Source: Chthoniobacterales bacterium (GTDB taxonomy: Bacteria; Verrucomicrobiota; Verrucomicrobiia; Chthoniobacterales; UBA6821). From it: a stretch of DNA of 64,000 bases. The DNA lies in NCBI GenBank assembly GCA_019747895.1, contig JAIEQF010000013.1, forward strand, positions 67,104-131,103, given 5' to 3'. Shown here one piece after another: positions 55,278 through 64,000 of the stretch. The position numbers and the translations under genes are program-made. Every line of letters starts with the position of its first letter. The stretch's first letter is position 1. The notes under the pieces were generated by a model. The model saw only the letters and a program-made list of their open reading frames with translations, did no database searches and was not told where the DNA came from.

Positions 55278-56366
55278 CTAATTCCCAACTTCTCCCATCA
55301 TCGTTACGAGAGGAAGGAAGAGCGCAATGATCAGCGTTCCCACGGTCAGCGCGAGAAGGAGGATGGTGGCAGGCTCGAGCAGTGTCAGGAGGCGTTCCAA
55401 GTGAGTTTGTAATTCTTCCTCATAAAAATCGGCGAGGTTGAGGAACATTTTTGGAAGCTGTCCCGTTGCTTCTCCAACTTCCATCATATTCACGACCATC
55501 GGAGGAAAAAAAGCATGCTGGCGCAAAGAGGCTGCCATCGCATTGCCATGCTGAATACTATCATGAACTTCTTGAAAGAGCTGATCTACGGAATGAGATC
55601 CGGTCGTCTCTTTTCCAAGCTCTAGGGCTTGTAGCAGCGGGATGCCATGAGTCAGGAGTGTTCCCACTGTTCTTGTGAAGCGAGCCAAGATATTTTTTTG
55701 AAAGAGGTGTTGAAAAAACGGAGTTCGCAAGAGGACCAAATCCCGCCACAAACGGCCCAACGTTGTTTTAGAAAAAAAAGAAATTCCTCCCAGCAGCATT
55801 ACTCCTCCAAAAATAAGAAGGTGAGGGTGGTTGATGATGTTGCGACTTAAATTTAAAATCAGTTGGGTCAAGGCTGGGAGCGCTTTGTCCGAAAACATTT
55901 CTGAAAAGATGGTTTCAAATTTTGGAACTACAAAAAAAAGTAACAATCCTATGATCATGAGCGCTGCTATCAGCACCATCATCGGATAAAGCAGAATGGA
56001 AAATAATTTCTGGTGAAGTTTTTGGCGCTTGTCTTGCAATGCTGCTAGTTGTTGCAGGACATCTCCCAAAATTCCTCCATGCTCGCCGGCTTTTATCATG
56101 CTCCGGTAGTCATTTGAAAAGAGTGTTGGATGTTCGCTCAACGCACTGCTGAAGCTCTTGCCTTCGTGGAGAGAGGCGATGAGATGAGAAATGATTTTTT
56201 TGAAATGACTTTTAGGTTGCTGCTCTTCTAACATCAGGAGGCTTGGCAACAGTGGCATGCCAGCGTGGAGTAAGGTGGCGAGCTGATGGGTAAAAAGAGA
56301 AAGCGTCTTAGAAGAAATCTTTTTTTTAGGGAAATACTTTTGAAAAAAAGAAGAATGCATTAGCAA
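55278..56366 (-). CDS. Type II secretion / type IV pilus platform protein (GspF/PilC family)
   Basis: FTHQLATLLHAGMPL, AGEHGG, YP, GEATGQL, LLEP, ALFLP. Confidence 0.92.
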   Translation of the reverse strand: MLMHSSFFQKYFPKKKISSKTLSLFTHQLATLLHAGMPLLPSLLMLEEQQPKSHFKKIISHLIASLHEGKSFSSALSEHPTLFSNDYRSMIKAGEHGGILGDVLQQLAALQDKRQKLHQKLFSILLYPMMVLIAALMIIGLLLFFVVPKFETIFSEMFSDKALPALTQLILNLSRNIINHPHLLIFGGVMLLGGISFFSKTTLGRLWRDLVLLRTPFFQHLFQKNILARFTRTVGTLLTHGIPLLQALELGKETTGSHSVDQLFQEVHDSIQHGNAMAASLRQHAFFPPMVVNMMEVGEATGQLPKMFLNLADFYEEELQTHLERLLTLLEPATILLLALTVGTLIIALFLPLVTMMGEVGN

Positions 56367-56379
56367 TTCTCATACTATT

Positions 56380-57414
56380 TTAAGCCTCCAAGCTCAAGCC
56401 TTGAGTTTTTGGTTTCATTAATTGCAGAGTGAGTTTTTTGCACTCTTGGACCAGGTGGTAGACAATAATAGCTACAAAAAAGGCAAGAAGACTTACGGTG
56501 ATTCGTCCATAGGCTACATGAAAATTCGAATCGGGAGCTGGGATCATAAAAACAGAAAAGGAACACATCGCTATGATGCCACGGAAAAGCGCTGTATGAT
56601 TTGAAAAATAACAAGCAAGCCATTCTAGTAATCCAAATAGCCCTGCCAATCCCAGGAGATAAATAGTGATGTCATTTGCAAAAGCTACGATACCTACGAG
56701 AAAAGCCGTTGCTACAAATGCTCCCAAAAAATAACCAATCATTTGTTGAAGATAGAGGTTCACGGATTTTCCAATTTCTAAAAAAGTAATTGTAGAAATG
56801 CTTGCCATGACCAGGCGTGTTTCTTGATCTGTTTCAATAGTCATTTCTAACATAATGGCGATGGATACCGTAATTCCGATACTAACGATGCTGCCCAAAT
56901 CTATCTTCGGATAAGTTTGAGGTGGTTGATGTTTTTTAATGAGTGCTGCAGCAAGGTAAGTCATCACAATGGGAACAATTGTTTGGACCCAGAGTTTGAG
57001 TGCCTGAATCAGTAGGTCGCTTCCATAAAAGGAGTGAGTAGCCGTTGCGTAGAGTGCTAAAAAGTATGCTCCAAAAGCATAGGCGCTTCCAGGTCCTGAA
57101 TGCTTAAAAAAAAGAGCGTATCCAAATGCAGCAATAAAACCTGCCAGAGGAAAGGAAATCCAAGGGGCTTGGAAAAAAGCGATCAAGACAGCCATGCTTG
57201 TGAGGATGCCGAGTGAGAGTGCACCAAATCGAGCTAGAACATAACTCAGTGTGGGTCTTGGCAAGAGAGAGAGTGTTGCAGCCAAACTCAGTGACATGTA
57301 GCAATTGGGAATTCTAAAACATTCCAAGACTAAAACAGTTCCTGCTGTTCCAAGAGCGATGCAGAGTGCTGAAGAAGTTTTCTCGTCAAATTGGAGAGGA
57401 GAAGAATTACTCAT
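56380..57414 (-). CDS. FUSC/MdtO-like inner-membrane component
   Basis: Multi-TM; ATG 57414 overlaps the HlyD stop; position after ytcA-like and HlyD genes. Confidence 0.6.
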   Translation of the reverse strand: MSNSSPLQFDEKTSSALCIALGTAGTVLVLECFRIPNCYMSLSLAATLSLLPRPTLSYVLARFGALSLGILTSMAVLIAFFQAPWISFPLAGFIAAFGYALFFKHSGPGSAYAFGAYFLALYATATHSFYGSDLLIQALKLWVQTIVPIVMTYLAAALIKKHQPPQTYPKIDLGSIVSIGITVSIAIMLEMTIETDQETRLVMASISTITFLEIGKSVNLYLQQMIGYFLGAFVATAFLVGIVAFANDITIYLLGLAGLFGLLEWLACYFSNHTALFRGIIAMCSFSVFMIPAPDSNFHVAYGRITVSLLAFFVAIIVYHLVQECKKLTLQLMKPKTQGLSLEA

Positions 57415-58591
57415 TTTCTTGGATCGATTTAAAATCGTAAAGCGGCGGAACAAAAGGAATCGACTCCGGTTCTTGAAGTAATTTTAACTCCGTGTTGTAA
57501 GGAGTGGTGCGTGTGTCAATGATCACGGCCGCTTTACCTCCTGAACGAAATTCAGGTTGTTCTTTTGATTGAAGGACGATGCGGACAGGAAAGCGTGTTG
57601 CCAATTGGATGAAATCAAAGGTTGGAGGGACTTCAGATAAAACGCCTTCGCCAGCAGCTTGATTTTTTGAGGCTCCGACATAAGGAATAACGCCACGTGC
57701 TATTCCTTGAACAATGCCATCAACAGAAGTTAAGCGTCGTCCCATGATAAAAACCTTAGCGCTTTGCCCCCGCTTGACGCGGTGAATATCGATTTCTCGA
57801 AAATTGGCCATAACGTACCAAATGCTCGAGTCGACAATGGTGAAGAGTTGTTCGCCAGTGGCAGCGTAGGAACCTGGTGCAATTTTAAGATTCGTGATGT
57901 AGCCCTCACACGATGCAAAAACTTTGCAATAAGAGACTCGAAGTTCTGCGTTCCTCAGTTCTGCTTCCGCTTCTTCAATGCGTGTATTTCTTCCACCATA
58001 TTCACCATATAAATTTTCAGCACGAACGACAGCAGCCTCTGCTTCTTTGACTAAGGCTGCACTACTTTCAGCCTCGGATTGAGATTGTTGAACTTTATCA
58101 GCAGAGGCAAAGTTACCTTCGAGAAGTGGCTTGAGACGCTCGTAGTGGGCCATGGCGTAGGCGGCTTTTGCTTGACGGTCGCGAAGTGTTGCTTTGGCAG
58201 CTTTGATCTGCTCTTCGAGTGCGGTGACTTCAAGTCGGACAAGGTTGAGTTTTGCGCGGGCGCGAGCGGCTTCTGCCTCGTAAGGACGAGCATCGAGTTT
58301 GAGGATCAGATCGCCACGTTTGACTTTTTGATTATCAACAACGTGGATTTCAGTAATGGTGCCGCCTACTTGAGCTGCCACACCTACAGTGTTAGCCAAA
58401 ACCTCCGCATCATCGGTGCGAGGACAGAGTTCAATATTATGCCAGACCAAATACGCGCCCAAGAAGCCTGCGAGCAGAATGAAAATGCGAATGGGGTTTA
58501 CGAGCCATTGGAGCGAGCTGTCAGATTGCTCTCTATTCTTAGGAAGAGGATCAGGAATAGCGAGAGATGTTTTTTTTTCTTCAGAAGTCAT
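57407..58591 (-). CDS. HlyD/MdtN-family membrane fusion protein
   Basis: PRTDDAEV, VGGTITEIHVVDNQ.VKRG, A.CEGYITN, QLATRFPVRI; start ATG 58591. Confidence 0.9.
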   Translation of the reverse strand: MTSEEKKTSLAIPDPLPKNREQSDSSLQWLVNPIRIFILLAGFLGAYLVWHNIELCPRTDDAEVLANTVGVAAQVGGTITEIHVVDNQKVKRGDLILKLDARPYEAEAARARAKLNLVRLEVTALEEQIKAAKATLRDRQAKAAYAMAHYERLKPLLEGNFASADKVQQSQSEAESSAALVKEAEAAVVRAENLYGEYGGRNTRIEEAEAELRNAELRVSYCKVFASCEGYITNLKIAPGSYAATGEQLFTIVDSSIWYVMANFREIDIHRVKRGQSAKVFIMGRRLTSVDGIVQGIARGVIPYVGASKNQAAGEGVLSEVPPTFDFIQLATRFPVRIVLQSKEQPEFRSGGKAAVIIDTRTTPYNTELKLLQEPESIPFVPPLYDFKSIQENE

Positions 58592-58827
58592 CGGGCTGAA
58601 AAATAAAACATCCAAGTCCAAAGTGTAATGACGGCAAAAAATGCAGGAATCATTAAACCAGGAGGTTGGAAAATACGAGAGAGATGGAGACGTGATGCCA
58701 CGATGGCCGTTCCCCAGGTCCCAATGATGCCGACGAGCATGCACATTAGCCAGCCTGGAAAATAGGCTCCTCCAATATTAATGAGAGGGTCGTGACTTAA
58801 CTTGATGATTGCTAAATTTTCCAGCAT
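58588..58827 (-). CDS. YtcA-like small membrane protein
   Basis: GAYFPGWL motif; immediately upstream of the MdtN-like gene. Confidence 0.75.
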   Translation of the reverse strand: MLENLAIIKLSHDPLINIGGAYFPGWLMCMLVGIIGTWGTAIVASRLHLSRIFQPPGLMIPAFFAVITLWTWMFYFSAR

Positions 58828-58845
58828 AATAAGTGGAATCTTTTT

Positions 58846-60354
58846 ATGAGATACCAGAGCTGGCTAACTATATATCTTTTTTTCTTTTATGGAAGTTCTC
58901 TTCTTGTTGCCGTAGAAAGTTCTTTTCAAGAAAAGCATGCTGCTACTGCTGGACCAGAGATAGGACAACAGCCAGCTGCCTATATTAAAGCTGCTGCTGC
59001 GCCAGTTCCAGCAGTGCCTCAGTTTTCTTCTCAAAAAAGTTATAACCTGGGAAACTTAATTGATCTTGCGCTGAATAATAATCCTTCTACCCGCGCAGCA
59101 TGGAGTCAGGCAAAAGCTGCTTCAGCCTCCGTAGGAGAGGCGCGTTCTCTTTACTATCCGTGGGTGAAAGCTGGTTTTACTGGAGGGTACGACCAGAATT
59201 ATCTTCCTCTTACTACAGGTCTTAATGTTTATAACCGGACTCAGGCCACGGTCTTTTTTAGCTTGGAATATATTTTGCTCGATTTTGGGCGAAGGGATGC
59301 TGATGTGGCACGAACGATTGCTACCTTCAATGCGCTTGGTCTAACGTACCAGCGTAAGTTGCAAGAAATTATTTTTGCCGTCCAAAAAGTTTATTTTGCG
59401 CACGAGGCTGCTCTTTGGAAAAAAAAGGCAGCAGAAACGAACCTCGCTTTTTTATCAACCCTAGCTGACATGATTGCCCGAGAAAATGTTACTGGTTTGT
59501 CAGCAGGACCAGAGCTGCTCAAAGCACGAAAACAAGTTCTTGAAGCCCAGTACGAGGTGGAGTCCGCTAGGGCGAAGGTCAAAAATACATTAGGAGAGCT
59601 CTGCGTTGCCACAGGGCTTCCAGCTAATACGCCTTTGCAAATCACAACGACAGAGCGTCCTGTTTCGACCAAAAAACTACGAGGAGATGCCAATGAATTA
59701 GTGCGTCGGGCGCTTGTCTTTCGTCCTGATATTGCCGCTCGTGTAGCTGAGCTGAAAGCCAGTAAAGAAGCCACGCGACGAGCCATTGCTGATTTTTTTC
59801 CTGTTATTAAACTGCATTCAGACTATATCAACAGCACTTTTGGATATACCGCGACTGATGGGACCTTGAATGGAACATATGGTGGAGGTGGGATTTCTGG
59901 GGTTAATGGTTTTGTCATGGCGAGCTGGGATATTTTTGATGGTTTGGAGCGCATCTTTAAAGTTCGGCAGCGACAAGAAGAAGATAAAGTTGCTGAACGA
60001 AACTTAGAGCAGACAAAGTTGAATACAACACGAGATGTTTGGACTTCTTACAATGATAGTTTGACAGCAGAGCAAAGGGTTAATTTTGCTGAAGGATATG
60101 TGGCCTCTGCTAAAGAAACATTTGATGCCGTCAAAACGGCCGTAGAGACAGGTTTAACGAATGTTACTGATTTTGCTGAGTCAGGGAGTAATGTTGCTAA
60201 TGCTGATTCAGAATTGGCTAGTGCTGTCGCGGACTATTCGACAGCATTGGCGCTGCTTGCATTTTCAGTGGGAACTACGACTCCTGCGCCTTCTCGTGTT
60301 CCTGAAGACTTGGGAAAGCCGGGAGAGTTGAAGTTAAGAGCGTTGTCGTTTTAA
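58846..60354 (+). CDS. TolC-family outer-membrane efflux protein
   Basis: ALNNNPS, LLDFG, RPDI, WDIFDG motifs. Confidence 0.9.
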   Translation: MRYQSWLTIYLFFFYGSSLLVAVESSFQEKHAATAGPEIGQQPAAYIKAAAAPVPAVPQFSSQKSYNLGNLIDLALNNNPSTRAAWSQAKAASASVGEARSLYYPWVKAGFTGGYDQNYLPLTTGLNVYNRTQATVFFSLEYILLDFGRRDADVARTIATFNALGLTYQRKLQEIIFAVQKVYFAHEAALWKKKAAETNLAFLSTLADMIARENVTGLSAGPELLKARKQVLEAQYEVESARAKVKNTLGELCVATGLPANTPLQITTTERPVSTKKLRGDANELVRRALVFRPDIAARVAELKASKEATRRAIADFFPVIKLHSDYINSTFGYTATDGTLNGTYGGGGISGVNGFVMASWDIFDGLERIFKVRQRQEEDKVAERNLEQTKLNTTRDVWTSYNDSLTAEQRVNFAEGYVASAKETFDAVKTAVETGLTNVTDFAESGSNVANADSELASAVADYSTALALLAFSVGTTTPAPSRVPEDLGKPGELKLRALSF

Positions 60355-60368
60355 AATGACTAAAAAAA

Positions 60369-60507
60369 ATTAACCGCAAAGAACGCAAAGAGCGCAAAAA
60401 AAGACAGGGAAAGAGCAGTGGAAATTTTTATTCTTTGCGTTCTCTGCGTTCTTTGCGGTTAATTTTCTTCTTCTTTTCTTTTGGTTTTTGTGTTCTTTGT
60501 GGTTAAT
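60369..60507. repeat. Inverted 9-mer REP-like pair
   Basis: attaaccgcaaagaacgcaaagagcgcaaaa versus ttctttgcgttctctgcgttctttgcggttaat. Confidence 0.85.
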
Positions 60508-60518
60508 CCAAATTTTTC

Positions 60519-62939
60519 ATGAAAAACCTAACTCGCTTCTTAATCACACTTGCTTTGGTTGCCGTTGCTGCTCGAGGAGGTGATCAAAAACTTCCCATTG
60601 CACAACAAAATGCGCTTGATGAAAACAGTGTTCTCTTTGTGCCGCAAGGCTACGACGCGAAGACCAATCCTTCGTTTGCCTTTGAACAACCGCTTAAGCC
60701 ACTTGGGCCTGTTCCTAAACATTGGAAACTCTTTCCTCGTTTTTCATCAGATGTAAAAACAACAAAGGTGATTCTTGATGTTCCCTTCCAAGCCTCTCTC
60801 TATGGGACAGGGGAGGTGACTGGTCCGCTCTTGCGTAATGGAAAGAAAATCACGCTCTGGAATACTGATAGCTCAACTTACGCTGTTGCTCATGGCAAGC
60901 GCCTTTATCAAACGCATCCGTGGGTGTTGGGAGTGCGTCTTGATGGAACCGCTTTTGGTATTATTTTTGACACAACGTGGAAAGCAAAATTGGAGACAAC
61001 GTCACATCAGATCGTTTTAATGAGTGAAGGTCCTCCATGTCGCGTGGTTATCATCGAGGGAAAAAATCCACAAGTCGTCGTTCGCAAGCTGGCGGATCTG
61101 ACCGGAAAAATGCCACTTCCGCCAAAATGGGCGATTGGCTTTCAACAATGCCGCTATTCTTATTATCCCGATGCAAAGGTGCGTGAGATTGCCGATCAAT
61201 ATCGTGCTCGTCATCTGCCGTGTGATGTCATCTGGCTCGACATTGATTACATGGATGGGTATCGCAGTTTTACGTTTGATCCAAAGCGTTTTCCTGATCC
61301 TAAGGCCACGAATGACTATTTGCACGAGCATGGCTTTCACTCTGTTTGGATTATTGATCCTGGAATCAAGATTGATCCTAACTATTTTGTCTATCAACAG
61401 GGGACAAACCTGCTTTCAAATTCTACTGAGGCTGTGAATAACAGCGTCGCGCCGGTGCTCGCGTCATCGAGTAGCAACTCGCTCGCTCCCGCGAGTCTCG
61501 CCCTTACGGGCTGCCTAACGGCAGTCGATCCAGCGGCTGCCACGCCGCATGTATGTAGAGATACACTCAGCCGCTGTGCGCCGTCGGCTCCTTCTTCTTC
61601 ACTACCCTCAGCGAATTTTAAAGCAGGTTTGCGAGCAGGGGGGGTGAATACTGCTTGGGTGCTGACTAAAAATGGTCAACCGTTTCATGGCACTGTCTGG
61701 CCGGGAGATTCTGTCTTTCCTGATTTTACGATGCCTGCCGTGCGGCATTGGTGGTCGGAACTCTATCATGATTTCTTAGCTCAAGGAGCTGATGGCATTT
61801 GGAACGATATGAATGAACCTTCGGTTTTTAATGGTCCTCGTCAGACGATGCCTGAAAATAATTGGCATCGCGGAGGAGGGGGGCTTCCTTCTGGTATTCA
61901 TCGGATGTATCACAATGTTTATGGAATGCTGATGGCATCAGCAACGCGGGCTGGTATCTTGCACGAGCGTCCTGACAAACGTCCGTTTCTTTTGTCACGC
62001 TCCAATTATCTCGGGGGCCAGCGCTATGCGACCACATGGACTGGAGACAATAGTTCCGGGATGCATTATTTGAAAATGTCGATTCCGATGGGGCTCAATC
62101 TTGGTCTTTCGGGATCGCCTTTTAATGGGGTTGATCTTGGTGGTTACGCGGGGAGAGAAAACCCTGATCTTTTTGGAAAATGGATTGTGATGTCAGCCTT
62201 TTTTCCTTTCTCGCGAGCTCACACAGCCACCTACAATCCTCCGAGAGAGCCATGGGTTTTTGGACCCAAAATTGAAACCGTCACTCGTGTCGCTTTGGAA
62301 CGGCGATATCGCATGTTGCCTTACCTCTACACGCTCTTCCACAAAGCCTCGCAATACGGTGATCCGATCATGCAGCCAGTTTTCTTTGCTGATCCCAAAA
62401 ACTTGTTGCTTCGTTCTGAAGATCAAGCTTTTCTTTTGGGGACAGATCTCTTGGTGGTGCCGCGTTGGGCTCGCTTTCCACGGTTGCCGGGAGGTATTTG
62501 GCGTGATGTTTCTCTTCTTCCCGGAAAACGGGAGGAAGATGGATATCAGCCTCGCATCAAGATCCGCGGTGGTGCCATTGTGCCACTCGGTCGGGTGATT
62601 CAAAACACCAACGAAGAATCACTGAAGCCGTTGACGTTGCTTGTTTGTCTCAATGAAAAAGGGGAAGCGCGTGGAAGTCTCTACGAAGACGCTGGCGAAG
62701 GCTTCGGTTATAAAACGGGAGACTATGCGCTGACGCATTATCACGCCATTCGCAAAGGAAAGACCGTAATGGTCACCATGGAAAAGCGAGAAGGGAATCG
62801 CGCTATTCCAGATCGTCCCGTCCATGTGCAGTTGGTCGTCAATGGTCCAGACTTAGAAAAGAGCGGTTTTGAATCAGGAGGGGTTGTCTTAAAGCTGCCT
62901 CTCAACCTCTATGAAAAAATAGCAGAAAAAACAAAATAA
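60519..62939 (+). CDS. GH31 alpha-glucosidase with a 75-aa PE1 insert
   Basis: IWLDIDYM, IIDPG, GIWNDMNEP (nucleophile), TWTGDN, RYRMLPYLY. Confidence 0.93.
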   Translation: MKNLTRFLITLALVAVAARGGDQKLPIAQQNALDENSVLFVPQGYDAKTNPSFAFEQPLKPLGPVPKHWKLFPRFSSDVKTTKVILDVPFQASLYGTGEVTGPLLRNGKKITLWNTDSSTYAVAHGKRLYQTHPWVLGVRLDGTAFGIIFDTTWKAKLETTSHQIVLMSEGPPCRVVIIEGKNPQVVVRKLADLTGKMPLPPKWAIGFQQCRYSYYPDAKVREIADQYRARHLPCDVIWLDIDYMDGYRSFTFDPKRFPDPKATNDYLHEHGFHSVWIIDPGIKIDPNYFVYQQGTNLLSNSTEAVNNSVAPVLASSSSNSLAPASLALTGCLTAVDPAAATPHVCRDTLSRCAPSAPSSSLPSANFKAGLRAGGVNTAWVLTKNGQPFHGTVWPGDSVFPDFTMPAVRHWWSELYHDFLAQGADGIWNDMNEPSVFNGPRQTMPENNWHRGGGGLPSGIHRMYHNVYGMLMASATRAGILHERPDKRPFLLSRSNYLGGQRYATTWTGDNSSGMHYLKMSIPMGLNLGLSGSPFNGVDLGGYAGRENPDLFGKWIVMSAFFPFSRAHTATYNPPREPWVFGPKIETVTRVALERRYRMLPYLYTLFHKASQYGDPIMQPVFFADPKNLLLRSEDQAFLLGTDLLVVPRWARFPRLPGGIWRDVSLLPGKREEDGYQPRIKIRGGAIVPLGRVIQNTNEESLKPLTLLVCLNEKGEARGSLYEDAGEGFGYKTGDYALTHYHAIRKGKTVMVTMEKREGNRAIPDRPVHVQLVVNGPDLEKSGFESGGVVLKLPLNLYEKIAEKTK
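61405..61631. mobile_element. PE1 copy H, long form (227 bp), in frame in GH31
   Basis: Ends caaacctgctttcaaattc / gaattttaaagcaggtttg (18/19 complementary); central module shared with copy E. Confidence 0.94.
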
Positions 62940-62982
62940 ATTCTTGCCACTCTTTCAATTCACTGTTACTTTTTTCCGCCTC

Positions 62983-63192
62983 ATGCCAAAAGCAATCGCA
63001 CGTAGTAAAACAAAGAAGTCTGTTGCAAAACGATTCAAAATCACAGCGACAGGTAAAGTCATTCGCTCCAAAGCCGGACGCCGCCACTTGCTGGAATGTA
63101 AGAATTCCAAGTTAAAACGCAATATGGGCAAACGCGCTGTGGTGGAAGCTTGTGATGTGAATCATATCAAAGCAAACCTCCCTTGGGGATAA
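62983..63192 (+). CDS. rpmI: 50S ribosomal protein L35
   Basis: KTKKSVAKRFKITATGK...GRRHLLECK; precedes rplT. Confidence 0.95.
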   Translation: MPKAIARSKTKKSVAKRFKITATGKVIRSKAGRRHLLECKNSKLKRNMGKRAVVEACDVNHIKANLPWG

Positions 63193-63332
63193 TTTCCTCA
63201 TAAATTCTACTGATGCAGCGAGGAACGGCGTCATGTCGGTGCTCGCGTCATCGAGTATTAATTGTACACTCAGCCACTGTGCGCGGCCGTTACTTGTTCC
63301 TTATCTGCCTTAGCGAATTTCTAAGGGAATTA
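63190..63332. mobile_element. PE1 copy I, intergenic, starting at the rpmI stop codon
   Basis: Ends taatttcctcataaattc / gaatttctaagggaatta; core cggtgctcgcgtcatcgagtattaattgtacactcagcc. Confidence 0.9.
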
Positions 63333-63520
63333 TTATGTATTGATAGATTTTGCGTTGGCAAGGAGCTCAGTAACTGATAAATTATAACTTCAATTTTTAA
63401 AACGATTCATGGAACTGGGTATTTGTACAAATACTCTAACCGGGCGGGTGAGTTCCTGAATCATTAACTAACAAACAGCCTGCCCGAGGAGACTCTTTGC
63501 GAAAGCAAAGAGAATTACAT

Positions 63521-63889
63521 ATGCCTAGAGCCACTAACTCTCCCGCGAGTCGCGCACGTCGCAAGCGGGTCATTGATGAAGCCGCTGGTTATCGCGGTCG
63601 CCGTTCCAAACTTTTCCGCTATGCAAAAGATGCGCGGATGAAAGCCAAGTATTGGGCTTATCGTGATCGTAAGACACGGAAGCGCAATGTTCGTTCACTC
63701 TGGATCGCTCGTCTTAATGCGGCCGTTCGTGCAGAATCACTCACCTACAGTCGTTTTATGGAGGGAATGAAAGCAGCAGGGATCACTCTTGATCGCAAAG
63801 TGCTTTCTGATCTTGCCATCAACGATGCGCAGGCTTTTTCTGTTATTGTAGCTCAAGCAAAAGCTGCGCTTGCTGCTAAGAATAAATAG
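63521..63889 (+). CDS. rplT: 50S ribosomal protein L20
   Basis: MPRATNSPASRARRK...GYRGRRS...YAYRDR-like WAYRDRK, SLWIARLNAA. Confidence 0.97.
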   Translation: MPRATNSPASRARRKRVIDEAAGYRGRRSKLFRYAKDARMKAKYWAYRDRKTRKRNVRSLWIARLNAAVRAESLTYSRFMEGMKAAGITLDRKVLSDLAINDAQAFSVIVAQAKAALAAKNK

Positions 63890-63911
63890 ATACAAGCATT
63901 AAAAAGAATTT

Positions 63912-63962
63912 TATCACAAAGAACACAAATGCCGCTTTGAGCGGCTTTGTGATCTTTGTGGT
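63912..63962 (+). terminator. Hairpin after rplT embedded in a 9-mer-type inverted pair
   Basis: gccgct-ttg-agcggc followed by tttgt, flanked by tcacaaagaacacaaa / tttgtgatctttgtg. Confidence 0.5.
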
Positions 63963-64000
63963 GAATTCGTTTCTCTATGAACATCGAGATTGATCAACTT

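Noticed and set aside
682-63962. 9-mer and heptamer repeats as a CRISPR array
   Set aside because: They are short tandem units in dispersed inverted pairs, with no regular repeat-spacer period and no cas genes.
1-64000. Autonomous transposase or integrase for PE1/PE2, and tRNA/rRNA genes
   Set aside because: No ORF shows DDE, HUH/Y1 or tyrosine/serine recombinase motifs, and I recognised no tRNA or rRNA.

Overview
64 kb of an AT-rich bacterial chromosome. The gene set suggests Verrucomicrobiota (possibly a host-associated Chthoniobacterales-like lineage); this is inference. It holds housekeeping genes (ileS end, lspA, deaD, ffh, rpsP, sufCBD, mutL, rpmI, rplT), a ~17.6 kb CDP-3,6-dideoxyhexose / branched-sugar surface-polysaccharide cluster, three TA loci (one with a dead toxin), an MdtNOP-like efflux set and several orphan effector-like proteins. 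I saw no rRNA, tRNA, CRISPR array or transposase. Main hidden structure: a ~146-bp (long form 227-bp) palindromic element, here called PE1, occurs at least 9 times plus one fragment. Seven copies are inserted in frame inside proteins (Ffh, MutL, a GH31 glucosidase, a KdsC-like phosphatase, a GT2, a cyclase, a hypothetical protein), read in three different frames; they resemble Rickettsia RPE-1 at both DNA and peptide level as I recall it. A second ~165-bp palindromic family (PE2, 4 copies), heptamer arrays sitting directly 5' of start codons, and inverted 9-mer repeat pairs are also present. A secreted protein carries a CD38/ADP-ribosyl-cyclase-like NADase motif set.
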